From Bilabrum cf. latius (Eukaryota): 64,000 nt of DNA. The notes below the pieces were generated by a model. It was given only the letters and a program-made list of their open reading frames with translations. It searched no databases and was not told where the DNA came from. Positions within the stretch are counted from its first letter, which is position 1. Each line of letters starts with the position of its first letter. A program made the position numbers and the translations under genes. Of the stretch, positions 1 to 13,300 are shown in pieces. The stretch spans positions 682,001 to 746,000 of the forward strand of contig OZ237761.1 of the NCBI GenBank assembly GCA_965178125.1, given 5' to 3'.

Positions 1-88
1 AGCGCCTGCCACTGCCATGATGACGATCAGACCCAAAGATTCGATCCGCTGACCAAAGTTTCGCTCAATAGCGAGAACGCTTTGTACT

Positions 89-1561
89 ATGAATAATCTT
101 GGCTGTGGACTTGTGCCATCGATCGCGCTGTGCGTGGTTTTGGCTCTTTGTTAGACAGGGAGGTGCAAGTACGCTACAACTGCAACAGAGCCTCCGCTGC
201 TGGTCGACAACAACACCAAGGCGATTATAGCACCCAATGTTCCACCGATACCTATCGGACTGTGGGCGATGACGCACGTGTCCCTTCCTGCAGAGGATAA
301 GCACGGCAAGAACTTGCCGCTGCTCAACCTCACAGAGGCTCGCAAGATGATTCGCAACGACTACATCGTTGGCGTGTCCGTAGAATTCAGCCTGTATGAC
401 GTGTGGCCAGACCAAAATAAACCCCCGAGCATGGATCGCGTGGCACAGCACATGCAGGTAATCGACGAGGCCTGCGAGGCCGAGGGCAAGGCTCGCGGCT
501 GCCTGCCTTTCTTCCTCAAGCCCTTCCTGTCCAACCTCCCCACGTGGATGGGCACCGTGCCCCCTCTCTCCATGGGCCGCAACCAGGTGGGCATGCGGGT
601 GCTCGGCGCTCCCACGTCGTGGCAAGGTGTCATGACGAACGCGACGGTTCCACTGTCCTGCGACCCCGCCTGGCACTCCATCCTGGATCGGGTGCTGGAC
701 GCGATCGACGCGTGGCTCGGGGAACAAGACGCGCGAGTCACCCGCGTGCCCATTGTGCATTTCCTGGGCCCACTCATGACCTCGCTGCAGATGAGGCCAG
801 GCCCACAGCCCCTGTTCGACTACCTCAGCGCCGCACCGGGCGTCAACGATACGCTGGGCTGGGGCTGGAACAAGGAGTGCCACATCGACGCGTGGGTGCA
901 GAGGGCCCGCCGGTTCGGGGACGCGAGCCGCTGGCCGCACGTGGGCAAGCGGGCCTGGGCCTTCGACTTCACCGTGCTGCCGGCCAAGTCCAACAACGCG
1001 TCGTTCGTGTTCTTCGACACGGCAGACCAGACCAGGCCCCTGGATGCGCTCGAATAGTCGCACCCGCTTGGACCCGGGGCAGTGCTCGCAAAGACAGAGT
1101 CGCTTCACGTGAACCTGGACTTCAACCACACCCACAGCACGTGCAGCGCCATCCCGCCCGCCAACGATTCCGGATCCCACGCCAGCTTCCAGGAGGCCTA
1201 CATGGACGAGCCCCTGGGCGTGCCCTACCAGTTCATTGGCAACCGCACGTGGAGGCACGGCTGGGAGGATTTCTCCCCCATCGCCATGCCAGCCCTGCCC
1301 GGCAACCGCACGGCGGTGCCCTCCATGTACCCCCTCGCGGTTCTAGGGAACAACTCGCTCTACCGGGACATCGGGCCGGGGCTCATCGACCCGGTTGTTC
1401 CCCAGGGAACACTGTGGGCGGAGGTATGGCAGTGGGAGGCAGCCGACCCGTGGGGGGCCCCTGCCTGCGTGAGCGGGGACGCCCTTGCAGCCGGCATGCG
1501 GGAGTGGAACCGGCGGCTGAGAGAGGAGTACGTTGCATCTGTGCGAGCCGCCGCGCTTTGA
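89..1561 (+). CDS. Secreted hypothetical protein (~490 aa) with 2 in-frame TAG
   Basis: ATG at 89 opens a hydrophobic signal-like segment (MNNLGCGLVPSIALCVVLALC*TGRC). It is in the same frame as track ORFs 269-1057 and 1082-1561, separated only by TAG at 152-154 and 1055-1057, and ends TGA. Many N-x-S/T sequons; family not recognised. Confidence 0.7.
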
Positions 1562-1666
1562 GGTTTTCATCTCGCACCGGAGCGCGATGGCGCTGGGGCA
1601 TCATGCCGCTGCAGGCCGGCCGCTGGCATGCTGTCCACGTGCCTCGGTACACAGGTGGGGGTCGAT

Positions 1667-2234
1667 TCAAGTCAGGGTCTTGGCGAGCTTCGCGCTGGGA
1701 GGGGCGAGCACGGTCTTCCATGCCTTGCGGCTGGCTTCGATGGCGCGATCGTGGTCGCCCTCCGCGCTCGCCAGCATGGCGAGCGCCTGCTCGGCCCACC
1801 CGTGCGCTCCTCGCCGCATGGCCCGGTCCATGCCGTAGGACTACAGGCAGTGCAGGCTGCAATCGAGCTTGCCAACTCTTGTCACCAGTGCGGAGGCTCC
1901 GCGAACCAAGGGTGCCCCAGTGGCCTCGCAACGGACCAGCGCAATCTGCGTGATGGGGCAGTAGTGCATAATGGCAAGCAAGCGGCAGGCGGCCGCTGCA
2001 CCAGCGACACCGTACTCCGACTGAACCTACTTCTGCGAGTGGTTTACCAAGTTTGAGCACTATTCTCCACCTGGGCAGTATAATCAACCTACCGACTGAA
2101 AGCTAGTTGGTCACATTCCTCACGCGAATCGACAGCGATACATCGGATGATCCGACCGCATCTGACGGTGGTGCTGGACGACCAACTCCAAAATCTAGCT
2201 AGAACACAAGGTATTTATACTTTATGCGGACCAT
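1667..2234 (-). CDS. POP5: RNase P/MRP subunit POP5 (Rpp14/Pop5 family), 2 exons, ~158 aa, 3 in-frame TAG
   Basis: Exon 1 (2234-2124) reads MVRIKYKYLVF*LDFG...SLSIR, matching the Pop5 N-terminal MVRxKxRYL motif. GT-AG intron 2123-2033. Exon 2 (2032-1667) reads K*VQSEYGVAG...IMHYCPITQIALVRC...ALVTRVG...LHCL*SYG, matching the Pop5 core pattern. Ends TGA. TAGs at 2199, 2027 and 1841. Confidence 0.85.
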
Positions 2235-2342
2235 TGCGCGTCTGCAGAGGACCGTGTAGGCAACTGCAACTTGCCGCAAAAACAACACGCAACCTTCGTG
2301 AGCCGCGGCAAGTCAATCGGCACGTTCAGTCAGACGTTTCCG
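2235..2342. promoter_or_regulatory. Putative bidirectional promoter between head-to-head POP5 and THOC3-like genes
   Basis: Only 108 bp separate the two divergent ATGs (2234 and 2343). Confidence 0.45.
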
Positions 2343-4201
2343 ATGTCCCTGTCTGGAGGAGATAGGCCATTATTTGAAGATATCGTGGGTGCAGCTCGTT
2401 TTGTTGTTCCGACGACGAGAGACGATCCGGTAGAGGTGTTTGAATGGTCAGGCTGTGGTACCAGCTTGGCTGCCGCAGTTGGGAAGGAGCCGAGCATCTT
2501 CCGACTCAACCCAGAAACTCTAGAAGTAAGACAGTACTAGAAGCCTGATAGGACGTCATCTCGAAGCTACAGCTGCATAGCGAAGTCATTCTGTTTTTTT
2601 CCTTCGGATCCACGGCTGCCGATCCCTCGCAGCTCAAGCACCAGTACAGGCTGCGCAGCCACAAGCAGGCATTATCTTGTATGGCATGGTCGCCTGGAGG
2701 TAGTCGGCAGCTGCTTGCCACTGGCGACAAATCTGGGGTCGTGTGGCTGTGTGACATGGAAACGTTCGCCTTTGTCGGCAAAGCTGGCTTGACTGCCGGT
2801 GCAGACGAAGTCACCGCCATTGCGGTCTCGCCGAAGGCCATGCATGTAATAGTGGCAAACAAACGCGCGCAGGTAGCCATCCTGGACTTCGAGAAGCGGG
2901 TTGTCATGAAGAAGGTGCAGTGGGCGAGCATGCCGCGCGACCTTGCCTGGGCCTGGCCGGACCAGGTGCTGCTAGCCACAGGCAGGCAGGGCGATGTAGA
3001 CCAGGGGTTTCTGGAAGTGTGTTCCATCCACGAAGCACCTGCCGCATCCCCCTCCTCGTCTTCCTCCTCCTCGTCAGCAGCCGCCGCCCAAGCACCCACG
3101 CTCGTCACACTCCGGCGGCAGAGCAGCGTGGCGGTGCACGCCGGGGAGGCCCTGGGCCTGTCTGTGAACGCCTCCGGGACACTGGCCGCCACCGCAGGCA
3201 GCGACGGCGTGGCTGCGATCACCGACCTGGGCGAGATGGCCTGCGTGGCCGCCCACGACCGGGCGCCCATGGGTGTCCTCAGCGTGTCGCTGTCGCCATG
3301 CGGCCGGCTGCTGGCCTACACGGCCAAGGAATGCGACGCGGAAGTGGTGCGTGCAGCCGATGGCGCCCTCGTGAGGAGTGTCCCCTACACGAGCGGGTCG
3401 AGGTGCATCCGATTCCATCCGGGGGGCAGGGGACTTGCCGTCTCGGCCACCGGGGTGCACGTCGCTGGGCCCGGCCTGGAATCCGCGGCGGGGGCTAGAG
3501 GAATTACCCCCGCTGCGGGGTCAGAGAGCGGCGGTCCTGGTCCAGCGGGCCTCGGCTCTCGGTTCGACAGAGTGGGTGCGGCTTCTGCGGGCGAGCCCGG
3601 GCCCCCGAGGAAAGGTGAGCTGCTGTGGATGCCACTCCCAGATGTTCCGCAGACCAAATTGCGCGGCGCCGCGAGGCCCAGCAGCCTTGGGTCCGGAGCC
3701 ATGCACGGTGCAGCTGAAGATCTCGCCCTGGCCCCTCCCGAGGCAGCCACGGGCGAGGTGGTGGCAGGGGGGGAGGCGCTTGGAGGGAAGGGGTCGGGCG
3801 GCGCGGCTGGTCTGGTCGGGGGTGGGGGCATGGGGTCCTCTGGCCGGGCCGGGGACGGGGCGAGCGGAGCCCGGGGAGGGCGATGGGGAGCGGTCGCGAC
3901 GGGAGGCGGCAGCGGGGCCGGCGGGGGCCAGGTGGGAATGTCGGATGGAGCTGGGCCTGCCAGCTCGATCCCGAGCGCGAGCGCGAGCTCTGGCAGCAGG
4001 TGGGCCGGGGACCGCGGAGGCGGTGGTTACTCGCGCGGCGGGGGTCAGTACGCAGGGAGCAGCGGGGGTCAGTATGCTGGGAGTCAGTACGCCGGGTCAC
4101 GAGGTGCAGGCGGCGGGCCATACGGAGGTGGCAGGGGCTTAGGCGCCTCGGGAGGGAGCGGGCCTTACGGCGGGGATCGGTGGGGCGGCAGAGGGCGATA
4201 A
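2343..4201 (+). CDS. THOC3: WD40 protein, THO complex subunit 3 (THOC3/Tex1)-like, with Gly/RGG/YGG-rich C-terminal tail; 2 exons
   Basis: Exon 2343-2525, intron 2526-2632 (GTAAGA...TCGCAG), exon 2633-4201, ending TAA. WD blades AGSDGVAAITDLGEMACV...VLSVSLSPCGRLLA...IRFHPGGRGLA resemble the C-terminal blades of THOC3. Confidence 0.65.
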
Positions 4202-4348
4202 ATCAGGGATACGGTTGATATGTCGGAATGTAGCTTCAAGTCACTGTACCTACACTTGACTCTTTTCCACGGATCATTAGAGCCGTAGATCCCGGATCTC
4301 CGTCGGATCTCTACCCAATGGGTGGTTGTAATCCGGACTCTGCAAAGG

Positions 4349-7300
4349 TCAAACTCCTTCGGAAGCTCCGCTGCTTTCATTCCGACCCCCGCGGAACCCA
4401 GATTCGGAACGTGAGCTCTCCATTTCTTCCGCCTCGTCCGCTCCCACGACATCCAGCTCGCTGCGGTCCTCCAGCACGTCTCCATCTCCAGAGCGAGGAA
4501 ACTGCAGGCTCAGGCCCTCCTCAAAGTCCGCCACGAGGCTTGCTCTCACTCCAACATCGCCACCACCACGGCTCTTGCCCCACGGCCCTGCATCCCTCCC
4601 AAGCGATCGGCCGGCCATTCCCACTGCCCCCGCCTCGTGCAGCGCCTCTAGGTCAAAGCCGCTCCTGGCCAGCTTTGCGCGCTCCTTCCGTCTCCCGTCT
4701 CTGGCCTCTCTCTCCCTGTAGGATTCGCCCCGCTGGACCAATCGCTGCAGCCTGCCAATTTCCTGCTAGGAGGCACCCGAGACGAATTCAAGGTGCTGCT
4801 CAAATTCGGGGGACCGAAGCTTGCTCGCGACGCTCTCCCTAGGCTTGGGGATACCCGGAACGTTGCCAGCCGACTGCGATCGGCTGGCCCTGATGGTTCC
4901 AGCCCTGCTAGGTTCAGCTCTGCCCCCTTCTGCTGCCTCGTCCAGAGTCTCCTCCACCTCGTCAAGCACCATGGATCCACCCCTGTGCTCAATAGATCCA
5001 GATGCTAAGATCGCGTGCTCGTCCACGGACCGGGACCGGAGCTATGACACCCTTCCGAGCGACCGGACCGACTGCATCTCGTTGTAGCGAACCGCAGCGC
5101 GGCTCCCTTGAGGCCTGCGAACCTCGCCTACTGCTGACGTTTCCCTGCGGACATCCGATCGCGCCATGGCTGCTGACAAAGAGAGCGGCATGGAGCTGCC
5201 ATGTGTGCCCCCGCGGTGGATTCGCGGCTCCCGGGTATCGCCAGCACGCATCACGCCAGCAGTCCCAGTCGTGGGGTTCAAGGCGCCGGCAGCACCCGCA
5301 GGGAAGCTTTGCGCATCACCTACTACGCCTTTTTTGTCGCTCCGGTCGAGCGAAGCCTCGATATCCGTGACGTTCGCAGGGTCTCGCGCACTGTCAGTCC
5401 GATCCTTTGTTGCCTCCGGCTTGGATGGCGCAGTCACATCTCGCTACGCTGCGAGTCTACGAATGACTGCAGGTCTCATGCGGTACATGCTATCCGTCAT
5501 CTGAAGAAAAGACTAGTGAGTGAACGCAGCAACTTCCTCTGCTGACGGCTGAGCCACGCTCATCTGGGCATATCGAAGCATGGTCACCGCGCTGTCGTGC
5601 GAGTCAAACGTAACGGGAGGATTTCGGGTTATGTGCTTGCCGACTCGACTGAGAGGAGCACTGCTATTGAAGATGGAGTTCCACTTCACCTTGCCTCTCA
5701 AAAAGGCGTGGGCCCGCAGGGTCGGCACTCCACCTTTCTCAACGGAGCCGATCCTCTCACTGGGCACGGCCTGCAGAAGGCCCCTAAGGAAGTCCAGAGT
5801 GGCTGGTTTGGTGTTCTTCGGCAAGCGCTCCCACCGTATGTCCCCCCGCAAAATCGCCTGGGTGACCTCGCCTCGCGACTCCCCTGCAAACGGAATGCGC
5901 CCTGCCAGGCAGCGGAACGCCAGCACGCCGAGCGACCAGAGGTCCGAATCGAACGAGGCCTTCCGCAGCATCACCTCAGGCGCGATGTATGCAGGTGTGC
6001 CTGCCACCTAGTTGATAAATGGGCGTTCTAGCCGGTACACAGGCGAATTGAAAAGGCTAACTAGCGCCGCATCTCTCCGTCGTCGTGCTGCGGGCTGCAA
6101 GGAAGTCGCGCTGCGACTCGCACTCGAGGATCCGCGGCTCCGACTATCCTGCAGATTGTCGTGGCCGTGCATGCTGCTTCGATCTTGTGACGACAGCCCA
6201 CTGTGAACTATGCCACGCGCATTCCACCCCAGCTTATAATTGCTGCTGGCTGCATAGCCGCGGCCATGACCTTCATTCCCATTCTCACTCACAGTGTCGG
6301 CTCTGTCGACATTCACCTTGCTTCCAGCTGGAGCCGCTATTGGGGAGCTCATCTGGCCCCGTATGGGACCCTATTTGCCCGAATTATCGGTGACAACTCG
6401 CTGAGCCATTCGCTCTTCCGCCGTAACTGATTCAGCCCTAGGCAAGGCAGCCAACGCGAGGGCAGAGTTCAGCTTAATTTCGTCGCCAGAGCCGCTCGAC
6501 CGATCCGCTGCCTGCAAGGTATTGCTGTCGCCACTACTACCGAGGCTTTTTGACGCAGTTTGTCGGCTAGCACGCGCAAGGGTGTCGCGCGTGTCCCTGC
6601 CGAGGTCCTCCAAGTAGGATGCAACCGCTAGGCTACTAGGATCCCCTCGAGTGGTTCTGCGCGTCTGCTGCGCGCCGTCAGATCCGGAAGCATCTCCCGC
6701 TGGTTCAAATAGATTTGCGTACAACACAGGCATAGGATGCACGCCGCAGGCACGAGCCTTCTTGAGCGCATTGCGTATCGCAGATGCTTGGACGGATTGA
6801 CCGTGCTTCCGCCCCATCGCTGCCGCATTCGCGGCCGTAGTGTTCTGATCGTTTGACGCAACTCCTGTTCGGCGCATCATGTCGCGCAGTCGCACGAGCA
6901 TCGGATCCAGCTGCACGTCGTGAAAGTGAAGGGCAGCAGCTCGTGATAGAGCAGGCTATAGCACGAGCTCCGAGTACGCGATAACAGGGGCCGACTCCGC
7001 CACGACGTCTACAGTTGAGCAGTGCTTGGCTGCAGCAGCGAAGATTCTCCGGCGGGTCTGTTCGTCGGTTCCTTTCGCGGCCACCAGGACAATATGCGGT
7101 ATGCACTTCCGGGCTACGAACGCCTCACGCCCTTTCGCCTCGACAAGGCGTGCCCCTTCAGAGCCCACGGCGGGATGTGTAGACGCCCGCATTCCACCCT
7201 GTCCGGGCCCGGCAGCCGAAGCTCGCCTAGAGTGGCTATCCATAACAGCTTCCCAGGCTCGCAGCATGGGCATAAGCTCGGCGCACAGCACACTGGCCAC

Positions 7301-10300
7301 CTCCGGACTGTCCACATCTGTTACAATGATTTCGTCGAAGAGCCAGCCCTCGCTCTTGATCGCGTCGTAGAGGTCAGGCGAGCTGTGCACCATCGAGGGC
7401 ACGATGTGGGCCGCATGATCAAGAAACCAGTATAGCGAGCGGTGCTCTCCCATGGCCCCCTGTAGCTTCTGCTGTGCGTCAACGTAGCCTTGAATGGGAT
7501 CTTCAATCGCTCCTGTGGCTTCATCGCCTTCTGCACCTACTTGCGGCGCGCTGCCCGCCTGCAGCTGCAGCTTCGAGATGACGCCATGGTACGCATCACT
7601 GGCGGAAGGTGGCAGGTCTAGCTCGGGCTCGAGAGCAGCGTTGCTCGCTTTCAGGAAGGCAGCCCTCCTCGCCTTCCGACTCATGGCTCGAAGCCTGGCC
7701 TGGGCCACGTATGCATCGTCTCGAGAGTCGAATACAATGATTGAAGCGACACGGGGTGCAGCCGCCACCTTTCCGATGGCCCAATCTTTTCCAAATGGAC
7801 CTGCTGATCGAAATTGGCTGCGTTGCGTTGCCTCATCGACGAAGGTGTCCCACGCATGGCTCGGGTCGCCGCTACCGTCGAAGACTAGTGGGCCAGCGTC
7901 AAATATTCCCTATCGAGTAGCTGAGGCCTGCATGCTCATCGACGGGGATAGCTGTCGCAAGAGCGGAACCAAACCCTACGAGGACTTCTCACACCTGTAC
8001 TCGGCAAGGAAGTTTTGCTAATGTATCGCGTGGCCCTGTCCCACGGCTGTGGCGGCGGCAGCGGCGGCGTTGGCAGCCGGCTTACGCTTCCGGGCGCGTG
8101 GATGAACCCTAGGTGCCACTGTCTGTGCCAACGGTTCTAGCGGAGTCTCTTGACCGCTGAGTATCTGGCTGAGACCGAAATCAATGAGGACGGGCTGTCC
8201 ATTCGAGGCTCGAACCATAACATTGCCCGGCTTGATGTCACGGTGCACAATTCCATTGCTGTGCAGCTCCTGAAGCGCACTAATTAGTTGTGCCACCAGC
8301 ACTCGCAAGGCATCCTCGGACATGCGCCCCCTTCCTCGTATCATCTCACCCAGTGTCGGACCGTCCACATACTCGCTGGCCAGGAAAATCCGTTTTTGGC
8401 TGGAGATACAACAAAAGAAGCGAGGCAGGCACGGGTGGATCGGTAGCTAGGACAGAACGTTGAGCTCTGCCCTCAGATGCCTTCTTCTCACTCGCTTGGC
8501 TCTGAGGATCTTGAGCGCCATGCTGGTGCCAGAGGGCAGGTGGCACGCCTGGTACACAGTGCCGAATGCTCCCTTTCCTAGCAGCCTCAGCAGCTTGAAT
8601 TCAGCGAAGGATATCGGAATATCATCCAAGTCGTCTTCCAAATTTGACTGACTCGTGGCTTTGGACGCAAGGGTCGTGCCGTCAAAGGTGAAATCGTGCG
8701 TGTCGTTGGCGTGGTGCTGGAGCAGTGCGCTGACTTTTCTGTCCCAGACAGCAGGGGTCATGAGATGCCGATTTGCTGGATCCGATGAAGCAATATCTAC
8801 CTGTTCTTCTTCACCTGTTGCAGCTGACTATCCTGTGTGCTCGGCTTTCGGGTGACTGGGGACTCCTCCAATGCAATTTTGATCTCCACGGGACCCCCCC
8901 GCGGCATGGTCTTGCGGATTTGTGTCAGTGTCGAATACTGTCAAGTCCTGCTGGGAGAGGCCAAGAGTTACATAATTCCAGGCTTGCACTCCCACCATGG
9001 ACTCCATATCGTCCTGATCCTCCACCATGGGCCTCCAAATACTGACCAGGAACTTGCTGCCGGTATCCTTCATGGTCCTAGTTGTGATCCATCGGCTCAC
9101 GGCCACTGGTCGGTCCTGAATTGCTTCAGTCCTCCCCGCTCCACTTGCTGTCGGACGTTCCAAGATGTGTTGGATGCTCTCAAGCGGCAGCACAAGCTCT
9201 CCCGGTAGATGCTTGCTCGCGCTTTTGCACAGCATGGAGAGCACAGACGGGGGGACGCCATCGCACTGTATCGCTGCTCTGCCCATCTCGGTAAACACTG
9301 CGGACGTTCGCTCCGGTACTGCTGCATACTGCGAGCTTGATGCTCCCATCGCACTTCCAGAGGCACCACCAGGGTGCGTTTCTTCGCCCGACAGCGATCT
9401 GGCCTGCTCAATTGCGCTAAACTAGGCCTGGTCCAGCCGGATGCCGGCACACGCTGCCACTGCGCTAAGCGTTGTATATCCTAGTCTTTCCCGGTACTGC
9501 ACCGCCTGCGTTACCTATTGCTCCTTCGTTCTGTTTGAGTCATGCGCTTGCGCTATCCTTGCAAGATCCTCCTGGAAAAACGAAGCGTAAGGGGTCTAGC
9601 CCAGCATCGCATCTGGAGACCGGCGCAGTATGCGGGCTGCCTCATCGCTGCCAAACAGATAGGTTGCCTCGGCGTCCATCTCGTGGGCGCACACCACCGC
9701 TGTCTCATTGTTGACCCGGACGGCGGTCATTACCTCTTTGAGCATGCGGACGAGTCGCTTGCCGTCAGCCCTGGAGCCTCCTTTTCCAACTAGGGCGGCG
9801 GAGGCTCGATCGAGCCTGGCGGTGGTAGCTGGAGGAAACGGCAAGTAGTCTGACTCCGAGTCGCTAGTTCTGTCCGACCCGGAGACAGACCCAGTGTCAT
9901 CAGCAGGCCCGGTGGGCGCGGATCCTAGGGACTACTCTCGATTGCTTCCTCTTGTATGAGCCAGGCTGCTCGCGGCCGCGATGCACAGGCGGAGCACCTG
10001 TTCGTGAGTACCAGGAGTCCACCGGTACAGATGCAACGCACCAGCAGCGTCTCTACGGTTGCCCTGCTGCCATTCCAGACGAGGCTAGGTCCCGCTCCGC
10101 AGCGTCTCGGCGTTTCCTGGCGCAGAGGCTCCAGCCCGTGCGCGGACGTCAGAAGAGCGCCGGCTGGAGTAACTGGCCGCAGACACTGTAGGCACGACGG
10201 CCGCGGCAGCCATGGCTGCATTATCACTCGTCCCCTACTTGTTATTCACGGGCAATATCGCTATGGACCCACCTGACATGAGGCGCACAAATCCAGGCGT

Positions 10301-13300
10301 TGAAATTCCACCTAAGTATTTGCCGCTGAGACCGTGCCGCATCAGCGGCAGCCGATCCACAAATATGGCCTCGATCGAGGGGCTCACCGCGATGAGCTGA
10401 GCCATGGCGCGGTTAGAGCACACCACTACGGACCCGTTCCGCCTCGGCACCTCTAGCGACGCTCTTGCTGCAATGGCCAACGAGTCGTCGATTGTGCTCC
10501 CATGCAGATCCCAGGCCTGGTGCCCCCCTGCCGCAACCATCTGGGTCGGACCGACGTGAAGCGCGCATGACACCGAGAGTTCGATCTTAAGCCGACGCGA
10601 TAGAAGGTACAGGGCAGCACTCACGTCGGACGCCGATAGCAAGCCACGAGCTGCAAGCAGCCGCGTGCTGCGTGCACTTGATGACCAGGACAATTGCGCA
10701 TAATTCGAGCACGCTTCATCTTCCGTGGGCGTCCTGTGTGTGCCTCCATCAAGTCCAAATACCGTCAGCACTCCCTCTTGAGATACCCTGACCCGTCGTC
10801 CTTCTCGACGCAGGCTAGCTGCTTCTACCACGGCGCACACCTCACGAGTGATTCGAAAAAGAGCGGCGGGGCCGATCAGTGACAGCAGGTCCTTCACGTG
10901 GTTGAGGTGCACAGCCACCACTGCTACGGGCGGGGTGGCCAGCGATAATCCTACGCGTTGCTTTGCAATGGTGCTGCGCTACGAGGATGTTAACGCGTTT
11001 CCACTATGGCCACCACCCGCATCCGCGTCCGTGTCAAAATCGCGCCAGTAGTCGAGGAGCTGGCCGGGCAGGACCACGCTTAGTGAGGACTGTATCACCT
11101 CTGTGCGCTCCTGTATCGCTTTGCGTAGGCGCGCTAACTCAGGCACTGCAAAGCGTTCTACAGCGGCTCCTTCCTGCATAACTATGAATCGCCATAGCCC
11201 TGCTAACAACGGCACACCACCAGCTCGGATGGCAGACAGTATCAGGTGGGATTGCCTGCTTCGTGTCGATACTGGGATGTAGACGTGATCCATGCACACG
11301 TCAGTGGCGCCTACTATGTCGAGCGAGGTCCTCCAGTATACGTTGCCGATTGCAAACCCATGTCCAAGCAGGATAACTAGGACGGAAACGGCTAATGGTG
11401 CACCCTACTAACCCCAGAGTGCCGGAGAAAATAGAACGGTAAACTCGATGAAATATACCCCCAGCCAGACGATCTGCATTCCATCAGCAACCAAAACGGC
11501 CAGACAGGACGTGTCTCCATCGCTTATGACAAGTCGAAATGCCAAATTATTGGCAGCCAAGGCAGCCAATCCGCATAATGTGTTTACAGCACACACGAAG
11601 ACGGCCCCGGTGCCGTACTGCGAGCACGGCCGAGCGCAGACGCTAGAGCTTGGGTATAGCCGTTCATCGATCGGACGCTTTCCTGAGTAGATGCAGCCGC
11701 ACCTACAAGCGCGGATTGCGATCCAACTGCAGATGGAAATCGAGCTCTCGCGCGAAGGTGTGCCCCCCGCCCAATCCAGCAGACGAGGAAGCCCGAATGT
11801 GAGGAGTGGCGCAATAACAATTATCTGCAGGACGACCCCTATGAGATCAATCGCTGGTCTGGCCGTGGCCAATGCTTCTGGAGTGCTCTGCCCCAGTGAT
11901 CTTGCAAATTGGAGTCTGCGCCAGAACGACAAAACCGTGTCGATGTACAAAATAATCCCTAGCAGCACGACGAAATACGGAGACGCAGCCACCTGCTGCA
12001 GGTATCCTATGGCTGACTGGGAACCCCCATCCGCACTTGGTGATCCTTGCTTAAGGTGGTGCGAAAATGGCAACGAGTCCTTTTTAGAAGGGGAGGAGCT
12101 CGCAGCAGCAACAGCAACAGCAGCAACAGCAGCAGCAGTATCATCAGCATCAGCAGTTGCACCACCACTGTCAGCTGGGCCGCCCAGCTGTTCCGATACC
12201 GACGAGCTCACCCTACCGGCATCTGCAGATCTACGTACTTCAAAACTTGGCGGAGTCGGCGCTGCTGGCGAAGTATGGCCGACAGCCGTGACCTGACGGT
12301 CTACTTGAGCGGCACTGGCAGCAGCAGCGGATTGCACCGACTCGGAAAGCTCGGTTGCTGCTGTGAGCTAAACAACAGCTCTAACCTTGGGATCCAAAGC
12401 ATATCGGTGTTCTACTTGCTTGCGGAACAGCTTAAGCACATCATCAGACACACCGGTGGCTAGGTGTAGCACTTTGGCAAGCCTGCCCTCCTCATAGCTC
12501 TGGCTGCGGGAGCCATCTCTGGCTCTGCGGCGGGCGATCCACGACTTGGATTCGGCTGCGGCATCCTACGCTGCGTCCTGACCCTGGTCTCGCATTTCGT
12601 TTGCTGGGGCCACGATTGACAGCAACGAGTCGCTATTGGACGCCAGTGAACGAGGACTCTGCGGCTCGCTTGACTCTGACTCGGACATCTATCTATCGCG
12701 CGGTCGCACCCTGGTGGTGCCTCCTCCGCGCCCGTCGGCCACTCTGATGCTATGGTCGACGGACCGAGCGAATATCCTCTCTGCATCGTCCTGCATGCTG
12801 GAAAATAAGTTAGATCTCGACTACGTGGAACCACCAGGAATTTCAGGAACCACTTCTGGGCGGCTGCTTCTGCCCATGGCACGGGGCGCACCGATTCGGG
12901 TACCAGCCGCCTTCTTCAATAGAGCTGCATCGCGCGAAGTATCTTGTTGCTACTGATGCACGCTGCCGACTTCACGATAGGATTCAAGGATATCGCATAT
13001 GGCCGCAAGCTTGCCGCGCGGCTTGGCTCCGTCTAGACCCGCTTGTATAGATCCGGAGCTGTGCCGCAGCTGCAGGGTCGCGTCGTGCTGCCTTGCCCCC
13101 AAAACACCGTCACGGTCCGAGCCTCGGCTTGCAGTTGCCTGGGATGTTGAAGCCGTAGAATACCGCATGGCCTTCAATTTACCAGAAGCACTGCGTTCGC
13201 GCCGCTGTAGCCCAGCCGGTGCGGCCGAGTCTATGCTCTTCGCAATCCGCAAGCCGAGAACCGCGCCCGGTTTGACCAAGTGCGCAGACGGTTTCGTGGA

